Below, in pieces: positions 9,801-18,351 of a stretch of DNA of 64,000 nt. Every line of letters starts with the position of its first letter. The first letter of the stretch is position 1. The stretch comes from a virus (taxonomy: Duplodnaviria; Caudoviricetes). The notes beneath the pieces were generated by a model. It searched no databases, had not been told where the DNA came from, and was given only the letters and a program-made list of their open reading frames with translations. The position numbers and the translations under genes were made by a program. The stretch is taken from IMG/VR virus record IMGVR_UViG_3300046526_000553, positions 1-64,000 of that record. One strand, 5' to 3'.

Positions 9801-10353
9801 ATTCGGCAGCAGATTTTGTTGTTTTATATATTAAATAACCAATGCCCACACCAGCAGCAGCTACCCCCACACCCAATTTGCCCATAGACAAACCGCCAGC
9901 TTCAGCAGTGGTTGCAATCCTCCTTGTGGAGGCAGCTGCTCTATCGTTAGCTACCGCCACCTTATCTATACCACCACTGCCTTCTATGGCAGCTGCACCT
10001 AAAGCTCTTAAGCCAGTTGCTTCTTCTTTTATAGAAGCCAAAAGACCATCCACGGCAGTTGAAAGTTTGCCATTGGAAACTATTACTCTATCATTGGCTA
10101 ATGCTATTTTATCAACACCGGCACTGCCCTCTATGGCAGCCGCACCCAATGCCCTCAAACTTGTGGCTTCTATTTTTGCAGTAGCCGAAACATTTTCTAA
10201 TGATTTAGCGCTTGCTTCACTGCCTCTAGCAATCTGTGCATTGACTTCATCGCTAATTGCACCTAATGCTTTTAGCGATTCTCCAACTTTAGCTATTCCA
10301 GCACTTGCTTCATCTATTGCTCGTATGATTATATTTAACTGCGTTGTATCCAT
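6835..10353 (-). CDS. Tail tape measure protein (TP901-like core)
   Basis: 1172 aa Ala/Gly-rich helical protein; ELANAMYYVESAG; FAGG...LVGEKGPELV and LGIHSPS motifs. Confidence 0.95.
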   Translation of the reverse strand: MDTTQLNIIIRAIDEASAGIAKVGESLKALGAISDEVNAQIARGSEASAKSLENVSATAKIEATSLRALGAAAIEGSAGVDKIALANDRVIVSNGKLSTAVDGLLASIKEEATGLRALGAAAIEGSGGIDKVAVANDRAAASTRRIATTAEAGGLSMGKLGVGVAAAGVGIGYLIYKTTKSAAEFQTLMTKLVTSAGESEGNLKMVSDGVLNVARTTGIASTELANAMYYVESAGFHGANGLKVLMAAAKGARDEQADATTVTDAASTVLNSYALSADKSAQVVNGMITAVSRGKTTLQLFSSSLSSVLPIASAVGISFAQVAGAIATMTAQGMTAQQATQDLRHTIQSLSNPSNVQTKEMLQLGISSQEVAKNLGKEGLTNTIERLSDAILSRMGPSGLVLQKALQNSVSATQDLKEELAVMPDGLQRVAKELLAGTISWKDYRKAIRDMSPANETLGQQFENTFTQAHSFNTQLKAGTPAALSFEAALSKATGGSTGLTTALMLTGAHTQTFNDNVNAVSKSMGTATDKVLGWKEMQGTLNQQMSELHQNLSTIGIALGTAFIPVLLSMTKALVEILKPIADFITYHKKLAAAIILTTIAIVGFTGAVIAAKKAEELFMTVKLALGFGKNAEGALLATKAITKLGGNLGSLVGISRSAAGATSLAAEANGLLGSTAAEAGGAAGLGALGAGALIAGAALAGLGTAFFVFNKWVKPAEDHILGINKDIKSGTPGWDQWARSMNFSTSAAQNLAGAHRAVDKATNTLTNDQQLLTKLQGQSQKATDAYSRAQDTLNKDIEKYGADSPIVQKQQQIVNGLAQTSADKLNAVARQQSIVNADTDAYKDALKNSGNAQINYNKLVDTTNQKLGSMVDKIATLKATPVVGITLKVGTQLTGIKISGPASQGTTQLNLLNAMVGGGSKGGAFAQSGFVGNMQMSGSIQGNFGNLQSNKKGTPHFAGGVENFKGGLALVGEKGPELVNLPSGSSVISSNETQQIINSSQSMLAKTVTGFTQIGKDIITGLINGIRGETGFVVTAMKDIGVAIQGGLKNTLGIHSPSSIFAEIGQNIDAGLQKGLMSGKQSAVKTATDLGVSTAAGVRQGAGQVGSVSGNKVSGGTPMVGELHIHLEGPIMGNQQQAQQLATTIYQSLQQIARQHGTASSLPSIGIRPI

Positions 10354-10361
10354 CTTATTTT

Positions 10362-10391
10362 AGTATGGCAGTTTGGGATGATATTTGTCAC
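10362..10391 (-). promoter_or_regulatory. 18-bp-spacer promoter GTGACA-N18-CATACT (near-leaderless TMP mRNA)
   Basis: -10 element ends 8 nt before the TMP ATG; no Shine-Dalgarno sequence. Confidence 0.6.
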
Positions 10392-10437
10392 GAAACGTGT
10401 TATAATCAATTTCATAAAAGGGTTAATAAGGAGATAT

Positions 10438-10767
10438 ATGGCTTTTCCTGTCACAAAAACACTCAAACTGGATTATTTAGGTCAAGGGTGGGAGGATGCT
10501 TATTTAAATTTAAGCGGTTTGTCATTTAAAGAAATGCGGATTTTCGCAAAAATGGGGGCTGAATTCGACAAAGAAAATCCTGAGAGTGATAAAAATTTAG
10601 ACCTAACTGTTGAGTTGATTGAAGACCATTTCATTGGCGGCAAGGCTTGGAACGGCAGTGAACTGGTTGATTTGAAAAAAGAAGATATACCTGACTTGCC
10701 CGTAGAAGTCCTGACCCGAGCCATCCAACTATTAGCTGGAACCGACCAAAATTTAGCACAGACCTAG
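10438..10767 (+). CDS. Tail assembly chaperone (gpG-like), inverted orientation
   Basis: RBS AAGGAG, 109 aa acidic protein between tube and TMP, with in-frame slippery heptamer A AAT TTA just before the stop. Confidence 0.8.
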   Translation: MAFPVTKTLKLDYLGQGWEDAYLNLSGLSFKEMRIFAKMGAEFDKENPESDKNLDLTVELIEDHFIGGKAWNGSELVDLKKEDIPDLPVEVLTRAIQLLAGTDQNLAQT

Positions 10768-10997
10768 AAGAGGTCATATTAATTGGTTTTGAACCTAAGT
10801 TAGCCGACACCAACTATTGGATATGTCGGAATCGGCTAAGAACAGAATTCAGTTTGAGTGCCAAAGAAGCAGATGAAGAACCGTATGATGAAGCTTTGAT
10901 ACATTTTCAGATTTGGAAATTACAAGCTGATAAGCAAGAAAGAGAGCAACGGAGAGCGGAATTGAAGAATCAGTCAGGGATGCAAAGGAATATATAA
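10749..10997 (+). CDS. -1 frameshift extension of the tail chaperone (gpGT-like)
   Basis: XXXYYYZ site AAATTTA at 10749-10755; the -1 frame is open to TAA at 10997 (STDLEEVILIGFEPK...EEPYDEALIHFQIWKLQADKQERE) and has no start of its own. Confidence 0.8.
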   Translation, partial: KFSTDLEEVILIGFEPKLADTNYWICRNRLRTEFSLSAKEADEEPYDEALIHFQIWKLQADKQEREQRRAELKNQSGMQRNI

Positions 10998-11007
10998 GAT
11001 ATAGGCT

Positions 11008-11970
11008 TCAATTATCGAGTAAAGTCTTAACTAAGATTTTCTCTATATTTTTTTCTTCTATATATGGGATGCGTAGCAGGTCCCAGCCATTATCTTTTGC
11101 CCATTGAGTTTTATGGGCATCATTAGCTTTCAGGCGTTTAAATGCTTTTTCCCCTCCAAAATTAGATGACGGTTTAAAATGTTGTGTTCCATCATATTCA
11201 ACTAGCAATCTGTGCTCGGGTATGCAAAAATCATATCGTAATAAGCTTATACCATCGTTTTTAGATTTAAGTGTGGGGAAACTTTTTTCAAATGTGTGAA
11301 AGATATCATTATCTTTTAACCATCTATCAATTCTCTGGACGTTTTTTGAAAATAATAAAGTTACACATTTTCGACAACCTTTTTCCCTGAGATGATTAGT
11401 GGGTGTAACATAAAATTCGCCATGTTTGTTACAGATAACCGTAACTTTTTTATGAGCACCTTTGTATAGAGCCTCTGAGTAATCATATCTATCTTTTCCG
11501 TGAATAAATTGAGCCTGCTTAATAAATGTTTGTGTGGATTTTCTTAAAACGTCACCTCCCCTTTTGGCACTACATTTAGGGCATCCGTGACCTTTATAAA
11601 GTGTAACTGGGGGAGCATAAAATATTCCATGTAATTTACATATAACTTTAACTTTAGAATGATTGTTAATATAAACCGCTAAAGAGAAGTCGTACTTTTC
11701 TATTCCATGTACAGACATAACACATTGTAGAAAATTATTGGCTGACTCCAGCCTCTTTTTATCATTCCTATTGGCATCTGCACACAACGGGCACCCACGC
11801 TTCCTTAGATGATTGTTAGGGATTTGTCCCCACGTCCCATGTATACGACATTTTATAATAACTTTGGAATAATTATTTTTATACTTCACTTGCGAATAAT
11901 CATATCTATCGCTACCATGAATTAGTTTTGCCTTGGCGATAAAATCTTGCGTGTTTGATTTAGATGACAT
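11008..11970 (-). CDS. Homing-type endonuclease with repeated Zn-ribbon (DUF723-like) units and C-terminal PD-(D/E)XK domain
   Basis: 3x YDYS..Y.....KV.I.C..HG...GCP.C; RYDF...LVEYDG.QH; promoter TTGATA-N17-TATAAT, leaderless ATG at 11970. Confidence 0.85.
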   Translation of the reverse strand: MSSKSNTQDFIAKAKLIHGSDRYDYSQVKYKNNYSKVIIKCRIHGTWGQIPNNHLRKRGCPLCADANRNDKKRLESANNFLQCVMSVHGIEKYDFSLAVYINNHSKVKVICKLHGIFYAPPVTLYKGHGCPKCSAKRGGDVLRKSTQTFIKQAQFIHGKDRYDYSEALYKGAHKKVTVICNKHGEFYVTPTNHLREKGCRKCVTLLFSKNVQRIDRWLKDNDIFHTFEKSFPTLKSKNDGISLLRYDFCIPEHRLLVEYDGTQHFKPSSNFGGEKAFKRLKANDAHKTQWAKDNGWDLLRIPYIEEKNIEKILVKTLLDN

Positions 11971-12012
11971 ATAAACATTATACACCAGCAATAAAGAAAT
12001 ATCAATAGACAA

Positions 12013-13017
12013 TCAAGATGCAGGAGCTGCGAGATAAGAACTTACCAATGAAGTGTGAGCAATACTCAAACCATAACCAAAATCAAGGCTATAAACAGAT
12101 TGGAAAGTTATCGATTGCTTGACGAGGCCGTCCAAACTCTGTTCATTTTTCCAGTCAGTCAAATAACAAACAGGCATAGTAAATGTTATGGTCGGATGAG
12201 CAGCGACACCAATTGTTACACGAGAGTTTGTGATAGTTACTTGAACATATTGTGATGAATTATTAAAGCGTAATGTTTTATATGTTTGGGAATCATACAC
12301 TAAAGTTATTTCACCAGTAATAGTCGTACTTTGAGCATAAATATTGCTCGGAGATAATGACCCAATAACAAAATATGGCGTAACATTATTATTGACAGTA
12401 AGTTTAAAACTTTCTGCAGGGATAGATGCAGCCGAACCAATACCACTAGCCTGATTAGCGAATTTACAAACTAAATCGCGTGCAATGAATTCTTCTTCTG
12501 TAACATATCCCCTAGTAGTTGATGTCACTGTTGAAGGTAATGATATGAAATTGGACACATGTCTAACAAAATCTCCAGCTTTTGCATCAACCTCGAATGT
12601 ATTAACAAGAGCCCCAGGGAATTGTTCATCAACATTGGGGTCTTGACGAGTTATAGTTATACTTTGTAGCTGGTTGTTCTGGCTTTCCGTATATGTATGG
12701 TCGAAAACTATTGTCTCACCTGCATGGGTGACTTTTGAATAAGCCCCCTGCAAACCATAAAGAATTACACCGATAGCACGGTCTGTGACTTTTCCCGCAA
12801 TCTGTCCCTCAGCCCATTGCTCAGTAAGTTCAGCCCCTGAATCAGCGTTAAGAACACCTAATGCTGACTTATTAAGTAAAGTCGTACCTTTGTCTTCAAA
12901 ATCGGCTGTTTCCCAACGGAGATTATACCATGGTGCAACAGGCGTATTGTGAACCGCTTCGATAGCCACACCATATTCAACGTTTCGGCCGGTAAAACTA
13001 CCACTATTTAACGCCAT
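12013..13017 (-). CDS. Major tail tube protein
   Basis: 334 aa; N-terminal G.A.E...TP motif, GA.V..FE; position upstream of chaperone and TMP; RBS GGAGG. Confidence 0.85.
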   Translation of the reverse strand: MALNSGSFTGRNVEYGVAIEAVHNTPVAPWYNLRWETADFEDKGTTLLNKSALGVLNADSGAELTEQWAEGQIAGKVTDRAIGVILYGLQGAYSKVTHAGETIVFDHTYTESQNNQLQSITITRQDPNVDEQFPGALVNTFEVDAKAGDFVRHVSNFISLPSTVTSTTRGYVTEEEFIARDLVCKFANQASGIGSAASIPAESFKLTVNNNVTPYFVIGSLSPSNIYAQSTTITGEITLVYDSQTYKTLRFNNSSQYVQVTITNSRVTIGVAAHPTITFTMPVCYLTDWKNEQSLDGLVKQSITFQSVYSLDFGYGLSIAHTSLVSSYLAAPAS

Positions 13018-13070
13018 GCTCTATCCTCCAAAAAAATTGTGTCATCAAAAGTTATTTACCCTATAGTTTC

Positions 13071-13100
13071 ATCATAAAGATAGACTGATATATCTGACAA
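13071..13100 (-). promoter_or_regulatory. 18-bp-spacer promoter TTGTCA-N18-TATGAT
   Basis: Direct reading upstream of the tube gene. Confidence 0.7.
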
Positions 13101-13113
13101 GTATTTTAAAATA

Positions 13114-13569
13114 CTAACCATTATCTTGGTCCACCGAAACTTTGGCAGTGACAGTCACTAAACAATCCAAAAGCGCACCAACACTAGATTGGACAACACT
13201 CCACGTGGATGGCGCAGGAACTACTATTTGACCGGTACCATCCAAACTGTTAGAATTATCTACTGCATCAAGTACACTATCCACCAAAATTCGTCCTTGT
13301 GAAAAAGCACTTTCATAGCCACCATTATCTGTCCCGAGTGGCACAAGAATATCTATGTGGAAAGTATAACTACGAAGGTTCTGAACGGTTGTCAAATATG
13401 TAGAGGGGCTATCTGATGGCGATACGGTAGCCAATGGATAGCCATCGGTAGATTCAACCGTGGGATATTCTACAATTTCAACAAAAGCGTCGCTGCCTTC
13501 CTGCTGTATATTTTGTAAGACATTAACTATAGCCGCACTTATAGTTGTGAAATTGCCCGCCTGACTCAT
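13114..13569 (-). CDS. Tail terminator/completion protein
   Basis: 151 aa acidic protein with YP...V.P and sLdG motifs, directly upstream of the tube gene. Confidence 0.75.
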   Translation of the reverse strand: MSQAGNFTTISAAIVNVLQNIQQEGSDAFVEIVEYPTVESTDGYPLATVSPSDSPSTYLTTVQNLRSYTFHIDILVPLGTDNGGYESAFSQGRILVDSVLDAVDNSNSLDGTGQIVVPAPSTWSVVQSSVGALLDCLVTVTAKVSVDQDNG

Positions 13570-13575
13570 AGTCTA

Positions 13576-13605
13576 AATGTACCTAATCCAAATGCAATCT
13601 GTCAC
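13576..13605 (-). promoter_or_regulatory. 18-bp-spacer promoter GTGACA-N18-TACATT (leaderless)
   Basis: -10 element 6 nt before the ATG at 13569. Confidence 0.6.
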
Positions 13606-13628
13606 TTTCTATAAAAAACCTAGGCAAC

Positions 13629-13657
13629 TTGACATTTTCCTAATGTTGGTGTAAGAT
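13629..13657 (+). promoter_or_regulatory. sigma70 promoter TTGACA-N17-TAAGAT for the large ncRNA
   Basis: Perfect -35, 17-bp spacer, no credible downstream CDS. Confidence 0.75.
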
Positions 13658-13662
13658 GAGTT

Positions 13663-14178
13663 GTGTTGGCTGATTGATTATTGATAATCAATATAAATCA
13701 GTTGATGCACCTTACCCCCCTAACTAACAAATGTTAGATTGTCATGGATTGTGCCATTAAAGTTGTTACCCTCACTTCTGAAATGCGCTTTTTTCCTTAC
13801 AGAGGTTTCGAAAAACCCTGGGTTTCGACCTTGGGATGAACGAAGTAGTTGTTGCCAACCACGTTCGGTGCGAGCGATAGCATAAAGTGCGTCCCCACAT
13901 GTGCTTTTGGCAAGCCATACATGTGCGAAAGGTGTCTTCATTGACACGGGTGGCTAGAAGCCCGATACTTTTGGTTTGGGCAGTTCACCTCTTTTACCCT
14001 CAGAGATAAGGATGCATTCCATGGCAGACTAATCCCTTCAATTTTTATTTTTACTCCCTGCCCGGAATAGTAAAAATTAGCATACGTTGTGTTATCCAAG
14101 AATTGAAGGGTGTAGAAAGCCTTCTAGTATATGGTCAAGATGCCCACCCTCTTGGCTGGTAGCTAGAAGGCTTTTATG
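13663..14178 (+). ncRNA. Candidate large structured ncRNA (~515 nt), unclassified
   Basis: Promoter, more than 10 helices including long-range 13734-13748/14018-14032 and 14034-14046/14098-14110, G-U pairs favouring the + strand, terminal hairpin plus U-tract. Confidence 0.7.
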
Positions 14179-14920
14179 TTTGAGCGTTATTCATTTCATA
14201 CCGAGTCTGTATACGAACATAACCACCATCTATCCCGTGGTCGGCTTCAATAGCAAGTTCATTATCTCCAGGCACAATAGCCCAAAAGCTACTGTCATTA
14301 ATATATTTGAGCAAACTATTCCCGATAACTTCATGGCTATACATATCTACCACGATTTCATGGTCGGCAGGTATTACGCAACTCAAACCAATAAAGGAAT
14401 GTACCGTATTATTCTCAAGCCGTGGATAATCTAATGGTCCTTGGAAGCTAACTTCAATATACATATCCTTTGTTTCATAATTTTTATAGCTTATTTCTTG
14501 TTTGTATTGGTCGAGCTTTTCAGGCATTTCGAAAGAAATGGTATAATCATGTGACATTGAATGCCGTTTTATTTTTTCAAGCGTAGGCGAATAACCATAG
14601 CCTGTCATTTCACCGTTAATTTTATCTTGTAATAACTTTTTGTCTTGCTTAGATTTTTTAGCTATTTCTTTCTGCCAGGCAATATACCGTTCGTTCATTA
14701 ATCTATTTGTCACCTGAGCGCTGTATGCATACATATAAGGCCAGTAATCATGGTCTTTGAAGTCTTCATTCTTTAAAGCCTTAGCTCCATGTTTTTTTTC
14801 TGGTTTAACTTTACGAACAAATAAATAAGTTTTGCAGTTTATATATTTTATGGGGATATTTCTTGTATTTATAGAGAATAAGTCTAATTGTGAATCAGTT
14901 GTTTTATATAACCCCATCAA
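14174..14920 (-). CDS. Hypothetical protein with C-terminal siphovirus Dit-like segment
   Basis: C-terminal IVVD...FWAIVPGDNEL resembles phage tail-component C-termini; own TTGATT-N17-TATAAA promoter. Confidence 0.5.
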   Translation of the reverse strand: MMGLYKTTDSQLDLFSINTRNIPIKYINCKTYLFVRKVKPEKKHGAKALKNEDFKDHDYWPYMYAYSAQVTNRLMNERYIAWQKEIAKKSKQDKKLLQDKINGEMTGYGYSPTLEKIKRHSMSHDYTISFEMPEKLDQYKQEISYKNYETKDMYIEVSFQGPLDYPRLENNTVHSFIGLSCVIPADHEIVVDMYSHEVIGNSLLKYINDSSFWAIVPGDNELAIEADHGIDGGYVRIQTRYEMNNAQT

Positions 14921-14991
14921 TAATAATTTATAGCATAGGCTAACATATTAATCAATTTTATTGCACTGTTGGTGAATAAATAATTTATACA

Positions 14992-15831
14992 TCATTCTGA
15001 AATATTTATTTTAATAGGTGTGGGGTCACTTTCATAACGCCAATTCTCACCAGACTCTCTATACCAAATACCAACTGTTGTATATTCAGATGGTATGATA
15101 TTTTTACCATTTTCTAATAAATGCGTACAGGCGATTGACCAATCTATAACAACCCTGTACCCTGCCTTACGTTGGTCATATGCATACACAACATCAGGAC
15201 CTAGGCTCTCAGCTTCATACCTATAATGAGCAGCTTTATATGATGAGGTGTACGTCACATAACAATACCAGCCACAGCCATCAACTTCACGTATGCCCCA
15301 TTTCTTATAACGTATACTGGTAATTTTATTTGGATGTTCTAATGGCTCAATCATCCATGCACCAATAATCGGAGATGTCCAGCGACCCACTTCTACCCCA
15401 CTAGATACAGCTATATCATCGTCAGCCGTCAAATTTTCCATTAATTTAGAAAAAGCATTCGGCGGTGCGATAGTATCATCTTCCAAACAAAACACAAAAG
15501 CCGTCTTAGATAATAACTCTTTACTTTTTTCTTTCATCATACAGATTCGTTCACGGCGGTATGATACATCTGCGAATTCACCAGGATATGATTTACCGGA
15601 TTGGTATAACTTAGCACCATTAAATTCCTGCCCGTGGTCATTCATCCAGTTGCTAAGTATAAGCTGCAGGTCGTCATCGTTCGTGTCATTCAAAAAAATT
15701 ATTTCCATCGATTGTCGAGGTAATATCATAGTTTCTAAGCTTTTTAAGAATGGTTCGGCACACCAAAGTCGAGTAAAGGGGACAAATAGTGAGTAGCTAG
15801 GGTCATTAGGATATTTGACAATTTTTAGCAT
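14992..15831 (-). CDS. Glycosyltransferase, GT-A fold (GT2-like)
   Basis: LEDD (DxD-like), VDGCGWYC, LGPDV, C.H motifs. Confidence 0.85.
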   Translation of the reverse strand: MLKIVKYPNDPSYSLFVPFTRLWCAEPFLKSLETMILPRQSMEIIFLNDTNDDDLQLILSNWMNDHGQEFNGAKLYQSGKSYPGEFADVSYRRERICMMKEKSKELLSKTAFVFCLEDDTIAPPNAFSKLMENLTADDDIAVSSGVEVGRWTSPIIGAWMIEPLEHPNKITSIRYKKWGIREVDGCGWYCYVTYTSSYKAAHYRYEAESLGPDVVYAYDQRKAGYRVVIDWSIACTHLLENGKNIIPSEYTTVGIWYRESGENWRYESDPTPIKINISE

Positions 15832-15929
15832 TAAATAAATAACTCCTTAGTGTCATCTTAACAGTCTGTGAATGAGCCTGCAATGAGAAGAGGTTGCATT
15901 CATGACTTTTTTGCCATACAATAGCTCCT

Positions 15930-16256
15930 ATGGACGTTGCAGACGATTTTCACGACCATGATGATGACTCGCTAGACCACGAGTGTGAATGCCCGTGCCA
16001 TGATGGTGGTAAACATGAATATCGCCTGATGAGGGGTTATGATATCGAAGGCATCAGTATACGGGAAGTCGTCTGTGATAAGAACGATAAGATAGTTGGT
16101 TGGGCATCTCCTGAATTGATGCCGACAGCGACTATCAAAGAAGCTAAGGAAAACTTAGAATATACCATTGATGATTTGATGGATATGCATACCGCTTTTG
16201 ATAAGCCAATCCTTGATGAAGTAAAGCTGGAAGCTGAATTAGAAGTTAACGATTAA
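15930..16256 (+). CDS. Hypothetical acidic protein with His/Asp/Cys-rich N-terminus
   Basis: DDFHDHDDD..HECECPCH; promoter TTGCAT-N17-TACAAT, 7 nt to ATG. Confidence 0.7.
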   Translation: MDVADDFHDHDDDSLDHECECPCHDGGKHEYRLMRGYDIEGISIREVVCDKNDKIVGWASPELMPTATIKEAKENLEYTIDDLMDMHTAFDKPILDEVKLEAELEVND

Positions 16257-16258
16257 TT

Positions 16259-16429
16259 ATGGTAGATGCCAAGCAAGTTATTGCCAAGCTAAAAATCATT
16301 GAGGGTATGGCACCTGAGGTTAGTGTCAAAGAACTCTGTAAAGTTATGGAAGAATTTATTGAGAATGATAATAAATCTGATATTGGGTTTATCAATGGCG
16401 AAGCAGATAAATCAAAAACTAAATCTTAG
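16259..16429 (+). CDS. Small hypothetical protein (56 aa)
   Basis: MVDAKQVIAKLKIIEGMAPEVSVKELCKVMEEF... fills the gap between flanking genes exactly. Confidence 0.65.
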   Translation: MVDAKQVIAKLKIIEGMAPEVSVKELCKVMEEFIENDNKSDIGFINGEADKSKTKS

Positions 16430-16432
16430 ATT

Positions 16433-16897
16433 ATGGCAATAGAACATACTAAAGTTAAAATGCTTCATAACGCTGTTAAAGAAGACATGAACATATTAGA
16501 TTACAGTTATGATAATAAAAATAACGCTATCTTCTTTGATAAGCTGACCGAAGGAAATGCTAAGATTATTTCTGCCAATCCTAACATGCGAATCTCAGCT
16601 ATCAAAAGATTGTTCGAAGATACCCATATAGATATAGTTCACATTCATGCGAATAATGAGACACCAGTTTTCCTTGCCATGGTGAAAGCTATGCTGAGAA
16701 GAGACCACCCGATTGTTTTTGTATCGATTGATAGAAAAAAAATCAAACCATCATATGACACCTTTATCGATTATGTGAAAAGTTTTATGGTATCGGTCGG
16801 GTATAGAAGCATGTATATCGGTCGAAGCCCCGGCATGGAGACACCATCTGATTATGTTTTTACTTATGAATATCATCCTAGCAAGGTTATTTTATGA
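16433..16897 (+). CDS. Degenerate FkbM-like methyltransferase domain
   Basis: IDIVHIH...E..V..AM...L.R.HPIVF resembles the FkbM C-terminal half; no SAM motif I. Confidence 0.45.
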   Translation: MAIEHTKVKMLHNAVKEDMNILDYSYDNKNNAIFFDKLTEGNAKIISANPNMRISAIKRLFEDTHIDIVHIHANNETPVFLAMVKAMLRRDHPIVFVSIDRKKIKPSYDTFIDYVKSFMVSVGYRSMYIGRSPGMETPSDYVFTYEYHPSKVIL

Positions 16898-17871
16898 AGA
16901 TTTCATATGTATCCAACATTACCAATTTGGCGAGCGACGGGAAATCTTTTAATACAGAATTTCATGTTGGTAAAACTCTTGAGAAATTAGGTCACGAAGT
17001 AAATTTTATTCAGGAGAATTTGATAGCTGGTGGCGAGCTACCAAAACTTATTGCAGGTTCAGATTTATTTCTCTGGACTAGAACATGGCCCGATATCGTC
17101 ACCAAAGAAGACCTGAAAGCTATCGAAGCCATGGGAATCCCTACGGTCAGTTTTCATCTAGACCTTTATTCCAATATTGCCAGAGATGGTGGGCTAGGTA
17201 TAAAAAGCACATTCTGGGATACACAATATATATTTTCACCCGAAGGCAGCATCCAATCACAAAGAACTTTTAGACAAAAGGGCATCAACCAATTTTATTT
17301 GCCACCAGCAGTTTTTGAAGAAGATTGCTACATTACTAAGCCGGTTGAGAAATTTAACTTTGACGTGGTATTTGTTGGAGGTGGGGTAGACTATGGTCAC
17401 CCGGAATGGAGACCTTATAGAACTAGATTAGTCAATTTCTTAAGAGAAAATTATGGAGATAAATTTGGTAAATTCGGGCACCCAGAACCAACTATTCGAG
17501 GACACGAATTAAATCAATTATATTCCTCCTGCAAAATAGTGATTGGCGATAGTCTATGTAAGGATTTTACCGATTATGATTATTTTTCGGATAGAATGTT
17601 CGAAGTTACTGGACGGGGAGGTATGATTCTAATGCCCTATATTCCTCATGTTAGTGATTTTTTCAGGGATAGAGAAGAAGCGGTATTCTATGCGTTCAAC
17701 AATTGGGTACAACTGAAAAATCTAATTGATTATTATCTCACCCCAGAAAATGAAGCTGAGAGAGAAGCTATTCGCAAGGCTGGTCACGAAAGGACTAAAC
17801 GTGAAAATACCTATACGCAACGTATGGAAAAAATGTTAAGAATTTTAAAAGGAGAAGGAGCTATAAAGTGA
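16894..17871 (+). CDS. Glycosyltransferase GT-B (CgeB/YkvP-like)
   Basis: DVVFVG, SDRMFE..G.G, AIRKAGHER...HTY-like motifs. Confidence 0.9.
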   Translation: MKISYVSNITNLASDGKSFNTEFHVGKTLEKLGHEVNFIQENLIAGGELPKLIAGSDLFLWTRTWPDIVTKEDLKAIEAMGIPTVSFHLDLYSNIARDGGLGIKSTFWDTQYIFSPEGSIQSQRTFRQKGINQFYLPPAVFEEDCYITKPVEKFNFDVVFVGGGVDYGHPEWRPYRTRLVNFLRENYGDKFGKFGHPEPTIRGHELNQLYSSCKIVIGDSLCKDFTDYDYFSDRMFEVTGRGGMILMPYIPHVSDFFRDREEAVFYAFNNWVQLKNLIDYYLTPENEAEREAIRKAGHERTKRENTYTQRMEKMLRILKGEGAIK

Positions 17872-18335
17872 AAACAAAATTGAATCTTGGTGCCGGTCTA
17901 CAGCCAAAGACGGGTGAAGAATGGATTAACCTTGATATCGTACCTCTGCCCAATATAGACATGGTATACAATTTAGTCTTTTTGCCATACCCATTCGAGA
18001 ATGAGCAGTTCGAATTTATAATGGGGGAAGATATCCTTGAACATTTGCCACATTTCACAACCGACTGGAGACCATTCATCCCAGTTTTCATGGAAGAAAT
18101 GTACCGCATACTGAAACCAAACGGAGCGATGTATTTCCGTAGCCCGAGTGTCAATGCTAAGTTCGCTTGGACCGACCCGAGCCATACTAGAACTTTCACC
18201 AAAGATAGCATGGGTTTCTTCGACCCAGATAATGAATTCGGCGTCGCATCGGGCTTTATATCCACGGCTCGTTTCCATGTGAAAGCTGAAGAAACTGAGA
18301 ATGGGAATCTTATTTTTAATATGGTAAAAATATGA
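17868..18335 (+). CDS. Class I SAM-dependent methyltransferase
   Basis: LNLGAG, WINLD, ILEHL, EMYRILKPNG, DPSH. Confidence 0.9.
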   Translation: MKTKLNLGAGLQPKTGEEWINLDIVPLPNIDMVYNLVFLPYPFENEQFEFIMGEDILEHLPHFTTDWRPFIPVFMEEMYRILKPNGAMYFRSPSVNAKFAWTDPSHTRTFTKDSMGFFDPDNEFGVASGFISTARFHVKAEETENGNLIFNMVKI

Positions 18336-18351
18336 GTCGTGGAGATAGGCA

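Noticed and set aside
10354-11007. Active invertible switch around the chaperone gene
   Set aside because: No flanking inverted repeats or recombinase seen in the window.
13720-13947. 75-aa minus-strand ORF (and 14087..14434 on +) in the large RNA region
   Set aside because: No convincing RBS or recognisable motif; the region is better explained by + strand RNA structure.
13663-14178. tmRNA, RNase P, group I/II intron or SRP identity for the large RNA
   Set aside because: No tRNA-like ends, no GAGGAAAGTCC, no domain V or P7 consensus found by eye, and no interrupted host gene.
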